Below are positions 37,885-50,508 of a stretch of DNA of 64,000 nucleotides, piece after piece. Made by a program: the position numbers and the translations under genes. The stretch is taken from contig NC_081333.1 of the NCBI RefSeq assembly GCF_022539665.2, positions 5,022,001-5,086,000 on the forward strand, written 5' to 3'. Within the stretch, counting starts at the first letter, position 1. Each line of letters begins with the position of its first letter. This DNA is from Daphnia carinata (taxonomy: Eukaryota). The notes below the pieces were generated by a model. It worked only from the letters and a program-made list of their open reading frames with translations, searched no databases and was not told where the DNA came from.

Positions 37885-39570
37885 TCAACTGTGCATCACA
37901 ACATTGTCCATGTTGTTACAACTGTTTGTTGCCTACGGCTTCGAAAGGCAGTCAGTTACATCGCAATTGGAGTTTCTTTTCTTGTGTTTCTTTCTCATTT
38001 CCAGAGTTCAATGCAGTTGAAGAAAACGGGCGTGTTTGGCTGATGATTCCCGATCACAAGTATCGTGTAATTGAACCGAATACAATGCTCACGATAACGA
38101 GTAGCTACGTGTATGAAAATGAGATGGAAGCTAATCAGACGGTACTCCCATGGAAACGGGAACTGCCCGATTTTCTCACTAAACATCCACAAGTACGTCT
38201 ATCTAGCAATTAACACCGTCTTTCCCCTTTGTGAATCTTTTGATCGATTTCTTCATTTGCAACTGACAAAAGTAGACGAGCGTTTTCAAGAAACGTAGGA
38301 TACGAATGGAACTCTCGTGACATCTTCGATGACGCTGCACAACGTCACGCACCAAGATACAGGCTACTTCCAGTTTCACTACGGCGACGTGGAACTAAAA
38401 CCATACGTTTACCTTTCCGGTGCGTTAAAATATCGTAAAAATAATAGAAAATTCTAATGAATGCGCACGTTCGTTTTAGATGGAAAGAATCTCGTCACAA
38501 TCACCGACAAGAGCTACTACCCGAATTACTACCTGTTTTTTCCACCAAGGTGAACTGGAAGTTCAAATTCCGTGCAAGCCAACTCACCCCAACGTGACCG
38601 TGTCTCTCGTTCACGTTGATCAACTCAACAAAGAACCAAACTTTGACGTATAATTTTTTCTAAAAATTAACCTTTATGATTTTGATATTCTTCAAACTGA
38701 ATTTAAAAAAACAGGATGTGTTAATCGAACAAAATTCGAAATGGTTGTTTGAACCCGAATGGGGAATGACGTTGAAACACGTGATGATAAACAACACTGG
38801 AAATTATCGATGCATTGGCACCAAGGATAACGTCACTAAAGAGAAACAATTTACCGTTAGCGTTAAAGGTATATTCAAACAACCACTTTGATTAAATAAC
38901 TAAAAAAGGAATTTTAAAAAAGGAATGGAGTTGGAAAGGATTGGCGATTCAGAGGGTCCGTTGGAAGGAAGCAACGTCACTTTAATCTGCCGCACAATTT
39001 ATCCTGAGGTTGAATTCCCAGCCCCACCGGAATTGGCCTATCAGATCAATAATGCTGGACGATTACATGTTATAAATGAGGCAAGCCCACCCAAAGGTCC
39101 GGCCTTTTTGAATAAATTCATTAAAACAAAATTCAATAATCAGCTACTTAAAACATCAAACTTTCAGGCATTCAAGTAACAACACGTGATTACAGTAACC
39201 AGCGCAATACTGGAGGATTCAAATTGAATTATTACGAGAGTCGGTTGGAACTGACTGCGATCACGCAAAATACCTTCACAACGTTCCAATGCAAAGCCAA
39301 TAGAGACAAAGACGCCGTAACTAAAACCATTTCTTTTCGAATTAAGTGTAAGATCAATTGTTCGCCCTCTCAACAGAAAATAGTTTAAATGACAAAGCCC
39401 AAAATGTGTAGATGAAAAACGCAATTCGTTGTCTAGTTTGGGTCACTTGGACGAAAGAAGGACAGAGGACATTGCCACAATCGCCTTCTCCATTTGTATG
39501 GCAATTTTCTTGGTTCTTGGAATCGGCATGAGCGTTCAACTCGAGAATATAATATAATATTTCGAGAAGG
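37885..39570 (+). pseudogene. PDGF/VEGF-receptor-like (Pvr-like) Ig ectodomain + TM, no kinase seen; disabled
   Basis: SSMTLHNVTHQDTGYF, VQIPCKPTHPNVTVSL, NNTGNYRCIG, EGSNVTLICRT and TM IAFSICMAIFLVLGIGMSV. In-frame TAG at about 38296 and frameshifts. Confidence 0.7.
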
Positions 39571-41439
39571 TGAGTCATTCAAAAGAGATCCAACGATTCT
39601 ACACATCACACGCGTTTTTGGCCAAGGAATCACATTCAAGAGCAGGGGGCACGTGGATGTGACTGAATTCTTGAACCCAGACTTGCTCTGCCCATTCTGA
39701 TGAACGTTCTGCCATATTTTAACTTTTAGTTGCTTTTTAAAACGAACGATACGACGGCCATAATTTGAGAAAAAGAAGTCCTTGCCTTTCTAAAAAATCT
39801 TCGCCAATCAAAAGCTCAAAAGACGTCGGAGGAAAAACAAGTTGTTCGGACAAAAATTTGCCCGTTAAACACGTGCTCTGCCTTAGAGCCGTTCATTCCT
39901 TTTCTGTCTGTCTTTCTTGCCATCGGTCAAATGACATTGTTACAGAAAAAGAATCTCACCATTTGTGCTGATTTACTTCCCAGCCATCAAGGGCGCTGAC
40001 TAGTTTCTGACGTTAGCAATGGTCGCGAGATGTTGAATCTTGTCATCGGTGATTTCCATTTGTTGTCTAATGCAGTCCCGTGTCGTCTCTGCCAATTGAG
40101 CATAACTGAAAACTAAACAAGCTACAAATACTATTAACCTCAATAAACTTAATCTACGTGCAAAAACGAGAACGAAAAATTAAATTCCAACAACCATCTT
40201 GGATTCCCCTTTTGTTGATTGGAAAATGCACAATTCAAAAGACAATGCATTGCAACTGCTCTTCTTTTTCGTTTTTCTAAAAATCCGTAGATGATATATG
40301 TTTCTTTCGATGCAACAATGAGATATTCAATTTTCCCAGCCATTTCCTTTTTTAGCTATCCTCTTTTTAATTTACATTTTCCAAATTCATTTTTCTTTTA
40401 TTGAAACAAACATTTGCGTGAAAAGCTTACCTTTCTACTATGATTTTATTCTACTGAAGAACAAGCTTTCGCTGGCAAAATACCACTACATCATGCAGCC
40501 TTTGACGTGAAGATGCTCCATGCTTTCACTTAATGGCTGTGCCCATTGACGTTCTAGGGACGTCCCTTTGTCGCAGACGACAATTAATTGAAAAACAAAT
40601 GAAGGACGATTTGTCCATAGCTGCAGTAACACTGTACTACCATATAGCAATTGCCTTCGACCTATAAAACCCGAAAATAGTTTCGCTTTTTCACGTTCAA
40701 TTGTTCAACATTATTTTCGTTGGTGTAAAAAAAATATAGTTGTTTGCTGTCTCTAGGCATTTTTGAGTTCCCATATGAACGAACGTACGTAAGAAATAGG
40801 ATACAAGTGACATCGAGTCTCAAAGCTATTGGGGTGAGGTTAGTCCGTTTTGGTGATTCTGTTGCCTAAGACCCGGACATCGAAATCACGTTTTGTGATT
40901 AAACATAAATAGATCGTGCCATAAATCGTGCCAGTAAGAAAGTTAGAAAAGTGTTTGCAGCGATAAAACAAGTTTTGAAATTTTGTACTTCCTGGAAATC
41001 TCTGTGGTAAAGAAATAGTAAGTAGCAAAGGAAACTAACAGGGTGAACCACATTTGAGGAAAAGAACAGAAACATTTCACTCACGTTTACCAACTACCTT
41101 TGAATACTAGATGATTAGCAAGAAAATTACCTGGCAGAAATCCATGCCATTAATCCCAAGGACACTGTTCCTAAGTGATACAGCCCCGTGGCTGTTCCAA
41201 ATCGCCGGAAGCGAAGAACCCACCAAAACTTTTTCACCGTACATATCTAATGTAATATACCGGCGATCTATGTCGGATCACATTTTCAACTAATCGAACT
41301 TCTGGCCATACCACCTTTCTCCGGAAATTGCTCAGCGCAAAATGGATATCCGCCATGAAACCAATCACACTACCTTTATTATCCATGAACTGAAACCCTC
41401 TACCCTACACCCCAAAAGCCATTCGCTCCTGAACGGCTC

Positions 41440-41980
41440 GTTGCGCAATAACATCTTAAATCCTCCTATGGGCGTCTGCAATCCATCCCAGATAATTCGT
41501 GCGCGAGTATACACTCCAGCGTACCCAGGATCGGCACGCCCTCTGCCAAAACTGGTAATACCCACTTGATACCCGGCATAGAGCAATGGACTGCCACTAG
41601 CACCCTGAAGATTATTGTTACAGAATCAATCGAAAAACAAAGTTTGGTTGAAACACTAAACACGAACAAAAAAAAACTGACGGACCTGGCAAGTATCCTT
41701 TCCAGCAGCAGCGGCACACATCATCTCACTAGGGTAAAACGCACTCGATACAACGGCCAATCCAAACAAAGTCCGCCCATACTGCTTACGGCACACGCTG
41801 TTCTCGAGCACGCTAACCGTTGCTTTGGGCAACGTGCTAGACACACCTCCACCTATCGACGGCAAAACGGTGATTTAAACTTCGCATAACAAACACCATA
41901 TGTAAGAGGAAAATTATTTAAAAAACACACCCACCAGAAGATGTCGTTCCCCATCCGGCAATAACCGTACCCTGGCCCTC
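41440..41980 (-). pseudogene. 3' half of trypsin-like gene (inverted paralog of 31430-31950)
   Basis: TVIAGWGTTSSG, LPKATVSVLENSVC, MMCAAAAGKDTCQ, GASGSP, QVGITSFGRGRADPGYAGVYTR. Confidence 0.8.
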
Positions 41981-43396
41981 TCTACATGTAAGTCTTCCGC
42001 GGTACGTTTAGTATATGAGATATGTTATCAAGTCCATTTTGCTGGTAAGCTGGTTCCCAATCATCAAATAATACCAAGGAGACAGGTATGGCAAAATCTA
42101 CAGATTCGTCAATGGCAGGTAACTGAAAGAACATTTAAACAGACAAGGTATTATTATGAGCCGAGATAAGTTTCAATACTCTATACTTTAGTGTTGCTTA
42201 TAATCCAAAGGAAACAATTTACTGCAACAGGATAAGCTTTAATTAGATTTTCCCCCCATTTCGGCTTTGTTGTTGCTGAATTATGTGAGAAACTCCTTCA
42301 CAGCAATATAGATCACAAATGCTTTCAGCATCAAGTTTGAAGAGCAGAAATTCGAGAAAATCCTTGACGTTTTCCACTAGTTTCTAGGAATTTCATTCAG
42401 CACAAACGCTGCGTTCACCATACCGTATGAGTAACTGCAATACGTCTTTGCCCTTTTCTATTAATTCGTCTTTAGATGGAAGCGTAAGCTCCGGCGTAAT
42501 TCGAAAAAGCGCAGTTGTATGAGGATCCGGTTCAGAATAATGTTCGAGACAGGAAGTGCCTGCTTCGATCCAAGTATTATTGAAGAGCTTGTTGGCAATG
42601 CGCCATATATGTTCCATGCATCCTGTCTGGGCTGCGTCTAGGCTACCATCGTCGAGGTGGGCGTCAGTCTTTTTCGCTACAGAAGATGCCATTTATTAAC
42701 GCCCTTTATGAGCATATGCACCAACACCCCAGGAAATTCAATAGAGCTGTTTCAAATATGGACTGTAAAAGGTTTGTAACAGCTCCAAACTGCACACGTA
42801 TCTGAAACAGGTGCAATTCAAACGGTAAATCAACGACATAAAACCCTAGCGTAAGTTAGTGGAACGAGACGCATCGCACTTCAACTGAATCGTCAATCGA
42901 ATCGTCAATTGACGGAGCATGGAGGTAGGACTGGTAGGATCTTGCAGGTGTCACGTCAGCTCCTATTTCGAATAGGATAGGCAATCTAATTCATTGCATC
43001 AGCAATCAAAAAATTAATTAATTAATTACAATTACGATTCTTCTCCAGCATCTTCTTGATTCAAGACCAACAGAAATTATTTCACAAAATGTTGTTAGCA
43101 CAAATTTCCCTGAACTTAAATTCTGGGGCTACGAATCCAATGGCCCGGTAGTGGATCAAAATGATGGCCTTTCTGGTAGGTATTAGTTGATAGTGTATTA
43201 CCTTTTCTCATTGTTGCCCACACACCATTTTATTTATCTCTAGTGAAACTCTCGGTTGATGGTGAAAAATTGAACTCTGTACCTTAGGTAACTGGTGGAT
43301 CCCTTCATGGCCGATATCTATAGCAATGAATCACAACTGATTATTTGTTTCATTGACATCGCCGATGACATTAATAATTTTTAGAAATCTAGCAGA

Positions 43397-45777
43397 CATC
43401 CACCATAGTTCTCCGTGTGTTTTCAGCAGAAACTCCATTCAGACGTGATATTTGCTGATGGGCGGCATTTTACTGGGGTGGAAATTTCAGTTCTTCTTTT
43501 GGCAACTCTCGTCCACCGACGCACAAACCATCGCTGTGCTGCGTCGGATAAGGCTGACCGTGCGAAGTTTTTTCGCAACAATAATTATCGTGAGCCATCT
43601 GAATTATTATAGCACACACTAGATTTTTCAATCAAATGCTTTATGGAACTCAAAGCTCTCGTGTTTCAAAAGTTTTACCATGCTGGTTATGGCTATCTGC
43701 CAAAATAATTTCTTTAGTAATTGTTGGTTATAGCAGTGCACGTGCCGATGATTTTTGTGGAACATTTTCTGCGCTGCTTCTACAGTGGTGGAACGGCATT
43801 TGCTTACCTTCGCTCCCCAGCAGCCTGCATTAATTTCAACATAGAGCGTGCGGTGTGATTATTATTCACGAAATAGACACAAACAGAAATTAATTAATAT
43901 CCAACGATGATTATGCAATAGAATGGATGGTCTCTCATGATGTGAACGTTCGGGTGTTTCCCAGCCATTCACGAACAGCGTTCCGATCACGAACTATTAG
44001 CTTACTGTCCGAGTCTCCTGACATCAACGTGTCCACCATTTTATCCAGTAACGACAACTACCAAAGATTTTGTGTGAAATGAAAAGATATTCAAATATTG
44101 AATAATCCATCTGGTTTTGAATCATGTTATTCAAGGTAGCCTATCCGGTAAATTTTTTTGTTTTAGAATCAAATGATTTACCCAACGCCAGGTCATGGCA
44201 AACAAGTCGGCCAAAATGAGTTTCTCGATGAGCTCAGTTCCATTGCATAAATCAATGTGGTGTCCGAAATCTATGGTGTTCTCAAGGACTTTCCATCCTT
44301 TATCATCGTCAGACTTGCCGCGATCGCGATCAAAAATTGATCGCCGATCCGATCTTTTGAAAAAGATCTTTTGAAAAAGATCGGAGATCGGATCGGCGAT
44401 CCCAAAAAATTGATCGCGATCCGATCGTTTTTAGCGATCAAACTTTTCGCCATCTAGCTGTAGATTTTTAGCCGCAGGGTTCTATTTCACTGCTATTTTT
44501 ACGAATGCCAATTGAAGGAAACTGTTTAGTGTTCACCCTCAATGGCCGCCAGTGACTGTCGCTGTGACGGCCAATGCTATTTTCGCGAAACAGTGTAAAT
44601 TTTTACCGTTAGATGCTGCACAAAAATGATCGCTAAAAATGATCGGCAAAATTTGATCGCCGATCCGATCTTTCGCAGTTTGATCGGATCGGGCGATCCG
44701 ATCAAACTCAAAAGATCGGATCGGAGATCGCGATCGGAAAATTGATCGGCGCGGCAAGTCTGATCATCGTACATCGTTAAATTGCGGTAAATTCTCACAA
44801 CCCAGCCTTTCTTTATTTTCAAAATTAATTTTTAAAAAATAAGAATTACAATTTGCCATAATTTTTTTTGAAATCGGCTCACCTGGTTAAACCAGTGGGA
44901 CACTATTGAGTGCCTCTCTAAGAAATGTTAGAATTGAAATTGAATTGAAATTTGGTGGCAAACTTGGGCGCTGAAAGGTTGCGATAAAGTGAATAGACAA
45001 TGATTTTCTGATGAGGACCTCTTCATTCAGCATCGCGACTGCAGATTGATTTCAATGGGCCTTTCTAGCCACGGCGAAAAGCTCTCTCCAACCTGATCAT
45101 TTAAATCAACGGCAGGAAATAAGTGCACATACAAAACTATCGCGGCTAGTCCTCCAGTTACTAATTTAGCAGAACGTTAAAACGAAAAACGTCGCATGAG
45201 AAGCCGCCCAGCATCCCTGAAGTATCCCGTAGTTTCATTTTATCAATTGTTTCACGAAAACTGATAAGAGTCAAAATCAGCTACAGGGACAGAAACTAGT
45301 TCGTCAACTAACGTTAGCAAAGTTTACGCACTCGTGACCGCTTAATATGCGGGCAGAACAACTCGACCGTTCACTTTTTGGCTGCTCGGGAGTAAAGGTA
45401 AGCCAATGTCGTTCCACAGAAAATGGTCTACGAAAATCGTCGGCACGTGCACGGTTATGACCAACAGTTATTAAACAGAATATTTTGCCCGACACAACCA
45501 GCATGGTGAAACTATTGAAACACTGAGTTCCATAAAGCATTTGATTGAAAAATCTGGTATGTGCTATAATAATGCATACGTCTCACGATAGTTATTGTTG
45601 CGAAAAAATTTCGCACGGTCAGCCTTATCCGACGCAAGGCGAAGATGGTGTCTTCATTGACGGACGAGAGTTGTGCAAAGAAGAATTGAAATCTCTATGC
45701 CCAATAAAATGTCACTTAGCAAATACCGCGTCTGAATGGAGCTTCTGCTGAAAACACACAAAGAACTATGGTGGATG
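43397..45777. mobile_element. Foldback-like element with ~400-bp diverged inverted arms (43397-~43820 / ~45375-45777)
   Basis: CATCCACCATAGTTCT...CAGCAGAAACTCCATTCAGACG and AGATTTTTCAATCAAATGCTTTATGGAACTCA are mirrored on the opposite strand. No TSD resolved and no transposase seen. Confidence 0.7.
44310..44762. mobile_element. Non-autonomous hAT element (MITE) with GATC-rich subterminal repeats
   Basis: TIR CAGACTTGCCGCG / CGCGGCAAGTCTG and a perfect 8-bp TSD ATCATCGT (44302-44309, 44763-44770). Confidence 0.92.
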
Positions 45778-46821
45778 GTGGATCTACATTCCATTCACTG
45801 TTAGTTTGTTATTTGTAGTAGGTTTCATCCATTTGCTTGCCATGAAAACCTTTTCAAAACTACTTTGATCAAGTATTTGACATGGCCATAGCCAAATTTT
45901 TCCACCATCTCAGTTTGAAATGAAGAAGAAAATTTGTACAGAAACAAATGGAAGTCGGTGAACCCCATTGACAAGATCAAACGTTTCTCTACCTGTAAGT
46001 CAACAATTCATGTATAAAAGATAATAGAAGTGTTTCATATAATTGGTAGCATTTCTTATTACTGAAGTGGCACCTTCATTGTTAATTAGAGGAATTTTCA
46101 GGTCTACTATGTTCATTGAAACATAATTATGCATAGCCTTGACATTCCAGGTATATTCCTACGAAAGTTAAAAGAAGTGTAGTAATGAGTGAAATGTAAA
46201 ATGATATAATTGATGTTGATATTTGAGATGTGAACTACTCCAGACACTTCTTCTTCATGGAAATAAATTACAGCAGGAACGGTCTAATTCTATCATGGGA
46301 CTTTCTATAACCATAATGCAGCTATAGAACCATAACTAAAAAATCAATGTAGGCCAGCATTGCGCAGAGATTTTTTTACACAAACAACATATTTGTGGTA
46401 CCTTCGTTAACAACTACTAGTTGGCGTCCGTACCTATATGACAACAGCTGGTCGTAAGTGTTATAAATAAAAATAAAAGGCGCCAGTTTCGGCTGCCGGA
46501 TCAATAGTTTAAATACCCATTAAATATGGCTGATCATCCCATTTAATTCAAAAATTAGATTTCCGCAATTAGTTTTCAGTAGTTGTTTGCCGATTTAAAC
46601 GACTTTGCATGGCAGGCATATTTCACAGATGAAATGCGATTGATCGCATAAGCTAGATTCTGGACAGCCCAAATCTAAACGGCACTAATCCATTAAAAAA
46701 AATACCTCAGTAAAACGTATGAATCAGGTTTCTTCTGTTTTCTAGGGCTAAATTTACCTTGTGAGACGCGGTTGGCTTCAACTTATTTTTTTCCTCACAA
46801 TTGCATAACATCCAGTAAAAA

Positions 46822-47455
46822 TCTATACTCTAAAAAAAACAAGGAAATTGGAGGTGGAGCCTGTGTCTGTGACTTTGTGCTTTTGTTTTGATTGGCTGGC
46901 GTCAAAACCGTCGTCTGCTACAGTGAATTTAGGATGTTGTGATTGGCTGGCGCCAAATCCGCAGTGAATTGGTGGGATGGGGATTTGGAAAACTAAAATG
47001 CGGGTGGAATTTCGGAATTGGGTAATTTGGGCGAGTAAAGTGGGTTAAGGCAAAAAGTGAGTGGCGGGCAACTAAACGGGCTTTTTGGCGGGCAGAGACT
47101 GCACAATAGATTGGATAAATGCAATTTTTTAGTCTACGGGCTTGGCTTAAAACGGGTGGGCGCTACAATAGGTAACTGTATGGTGGAAGACGGGCAACTA
47201 CAGTGGGTTTTTAAACTAATTTTTTTCAACTAAAAAATTGCATTTATCCAATCTATTGTGCAGTCTCTGCCCGCCAAAAAGCCCGTTTAGTTGCCCGCCA
47301 CTCACTTTTTGCCTTAACCCACTTTACTCGCCAAGAAACTCGCCGTTGTTGCCCATCGACCCCCTCTCTGCCCGCTAAAACACCTGCCGTAGTGGCCAAT
47401 AAAAATCATAAATGAAACTAATAAACTAAAATAAATAAGAATTTAATTAAAATAA
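46822..47455. mobile_element. Truncated Helitron 5' copy followed by an inverted internal fragment
   Basis: Begins A|TCTATACTCTAAAAAAAACAAGG like 47456. 47229-47455 is Helitron-internal sequence in reverse orientation. Confidence 0.7.
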
Positions 47456-48614
47456 TCTATACTCTATAAAAAAACAAGGAAATTGGAGGTGGAGCCTGTG
47501 TTTGTGACTTTGTGCTTTTGTTTTGATTGGCTGGCGTCAAAACCGCCGCCGGCTGCTGTGATTGGCTGACGCCAAAACCGTCGTCTGCTACAGTGAATTG
47601 GTGGGATGGGGTTTTGGAAAACGAAACTGCAGGTGGAATTGCGGATTTGGGCAATTTTTCAGTCTATGGGCTTTGCGTTAACGGGTGGGCAACGGCACGT
47701 AAGCTAACGGGCAGGGCGTTTTATTATTATTATTCTAATTAAATTTTAATAATTGTATTTTATTTTATTGGTTTTACTCATTATTTTGGCGGGCAGAGAG
47801 GGGTTGGAGGGGAACAACGGCGAGTGGTTGGCGAGCAAAGTGGGTTGACGGGCAGAGGCAAAAAGTGAGTGGACAGGCAACTAAACGGGCTTTTTGACGG
47901 GCAGAGACTGCACAATAGATCGGATAAATGCTTTTTTTAGTCTACGGGCTTGGCTTAAAACGGGTGTGCGCTACAATAGGTAAGCCGACGGGCAGAGACT
48001 GTACGGTGGAAGACGGGCAACTACAGCGGGTTTTTTGGTGGGTAAAGAGGGTTGACGGGCAGAGTCTATTCGAGAAAAAAGGGGCAGAGGGGAAAAGTGG
48101 GTGGACGGCAACTACAGCGGGCGTTTTCTGGGCTGAGGCTGTGACGGAAAGACGGGCAAAAGCAAATGAAAAAGTCAATGGGCCACTATAGCAGTCGTTT
48201 TGGCGGGCAACGAGTGGGGTGACGGGTAGAAATGGGATCATCGGGCAGCGAGTGGTCGACGGGCAGAGAGGGGGTCGACTCGCAGAGAAGGGGTTGACGG
48301 GCAGAAAGGGGGTCGACGGGCAGAAGGAGGCCGGTGGGCAGAGAGAGGGTCGACGGGCAATAACAGCGGGCTTCTTAGCGGGCAGAAGTTGGGTGGGCGG
48401 ATAACTATAGCGTTCGTTTTGACGGGCAGAGACTGGACAAAAGGACGGGCAAACGCAAAAAAGGTCAATGGGGCAGAAAGGGGAACTCTTGATTGATACA
48501 TAGAATTAAGAGTAGACGGGCAAAAAATAGGCACTGGTCAGGTTTCTTAAAAATAGCGTTAAAATACGCTAGCGCCACCTATACACCGGCCCTGGACGGG
48601 CCCAAAGTTACTAG
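47456..48614 (+). mobile_element. Non-autonomous Helitron with GACGGGCAGAG-type internal repeats
   Basis: 5' A|TCTATACTCTATAAAA; 3' hairpin GGCCC-TGGAC-GGGCC (48588-48602), then CTAG|T; inserted between A and T with no TSD. Confidence 0.85.
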
Positions 48615-49303
48615 TAATAAATAATAAATAGCACCCAGCATTGAACCCATTAGTACCAATATTGGCCGCAACGTGATATGGAGGATATTTGTATAGTATC
48701 AACGATGCATGATGCCACACCCAAATTCGTGATTGCTATATAATAATTTAAAACTTTAAACATTTAGTTAAATTTTTTTGTTTTATAACTTGAAATAGCC
48801 ATTAACGGTGTAAATGGAAACTGAAAAACATTCACATTTCATACTGCTATATTGAATTACAAACGGAAAGACGAATGGATTTTAACCACATCAACTACAC
48901 AATGCTCATTGCTAACGCAACGAAACAATGCGACTGCCTGCCGCGCAACTGAGTACATGAATTCCCAGCATATTTATCAATAACAATTACGTACTGTAGT
49001 TCTTACCAATGTCCTAACGCATAATGTGTTCAGCAATTACAGTGTTGTACAAACCCATATTGAAATCGCCTTCATCCGCTTCATATAATAAAGAATAAAA
49101 ACAACTAGATTCGGTAACGACATTATAGCTGTATTCAACATTCGATTTAAAACCACATTCGTTTAGACTAGTTAATGCATAAATACATGGCAGAAATATA
49201 TTCATCTTGGAACTCAAGGACTGCAAATAAAACAAAATCTAATTCTCCCATCATCGAAGTTGATGGACAACGCAATTTTCACAATTAATAATATTTTGGT
49301 GGT

Positions 49304-49577
49304 TCAATGTAATTTTGAGTTGCATACGTTGTTGTGTAATAAGCTGGAGAACTGGGAGCGGCGTATATGGTGGTGCAGTAACTGGAGCGGTGTATGTGGT
49401 AGTGTAGTACCGTGGCGCTTTTGTCGTGTAGTGTTTTGAGGCCCCAACAGTTTGGTAGTAGCTTGGAGCTGAATAGTACTTCGGTGGCTCGACGTAGTAG
49501 CTTTGAGTGGCATATGTTGTTGTGTAGTATGCTGGAGCTTCAGTTTAATAAATTAGTGCAGCATATGTTGTGGTGTA
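49304..49577 (-). pseudogene. Tyr/Thr-repeat (YYTTTYAAP...EAPKYY) gene, 3' fragment
   Basis: Same repeat as 59798-60679; the reading frame rejoins across pogo-A as KAPEY-Y-TTTYAA. Confidence 0.75.
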
Positions 49578-50508
49578 GGGTAAAAGCGCGAATTGGGACA
49601 CAGGCCCGGCTCCTGCTAATTTGGGACAAAATATGTACATATCTTCGCTTCACGAATCGTATACCAATAATGGTTCTATTGGGACATCTTATAGGGTAAT
49701 TATAAACTAAAAGGGGGGTTATGCAATTTGTCCAAAGGGCAAATTATAAAATGTAACAATAACCGAGAAAACGATAATTGAAATCTGTGCGTATTGCTTG
49801 CGGGCGAATAACGTATACAGTGCACTACTTATAAGTTGACACCTAGACGACACAGGAAATATATAGGGGAGACCGGGGCTAGACCGGACGGGGGCTAAAC
49901 CAACCATTTGATTTTTTTTTGTTCAATTTTGATTGTAAAATTTTGAAATTTTTACCCAACATTATTAGTGCGATTTCGCACCTTTGGACAAAATTTCAAA
50001 CTGTTGTCTAAAGAAATGAACGAAATAAGATGAAAGACCGGTTATGATATGTTTTTTTTTCGCTTTGCGTTCGCAGTGTTTTTCGTCTTGCCGACGCACG
50101 AACTAATACACAATTTTGAAAAAATTTTCTGAAATTGGTTTTTCATTTGTGTTTATGATGGTTTTTTCAGAAGAATTTTCGCTTGTATAGTATTTGAGTT
50201 ATCTGGGTTTTACCGCAACACGGCTCTTGGGGGTTACATCGGACAACAAGAAAGGGGTGATACCGGACATGCTAACTGGCAGCTTGTTAGATGCTTGTTT
50301 AGTGAATAAACTTTACAAGATACACTCGAGTGCAATAAAATGCCAAACTTATCCATGGTTACATCGGCATATAGGTTATATAAGAAGAAATTTGGGTTGC
50401 TGGTCTCATTCTGATTTCGCAACTCGCACTGATTGTACACTCTACTAAAGGGCAATTTAACCATTTTAGCTTTTTGATTGTCTTACCGTTTGCCTATCTT
50501 TTTCCAGA

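Noticed and set aside
45780..46300. Possible minus-strand exon fragments beside the foldback
   Set aside because: They are too short and degenerate to assign without a database search.
47928..48534. ORFs in the GGGCAGAG-rich region
   Set aside because: They arise from Helitron internal minisatellite-like repeats, with no Rep/helicase motifs.
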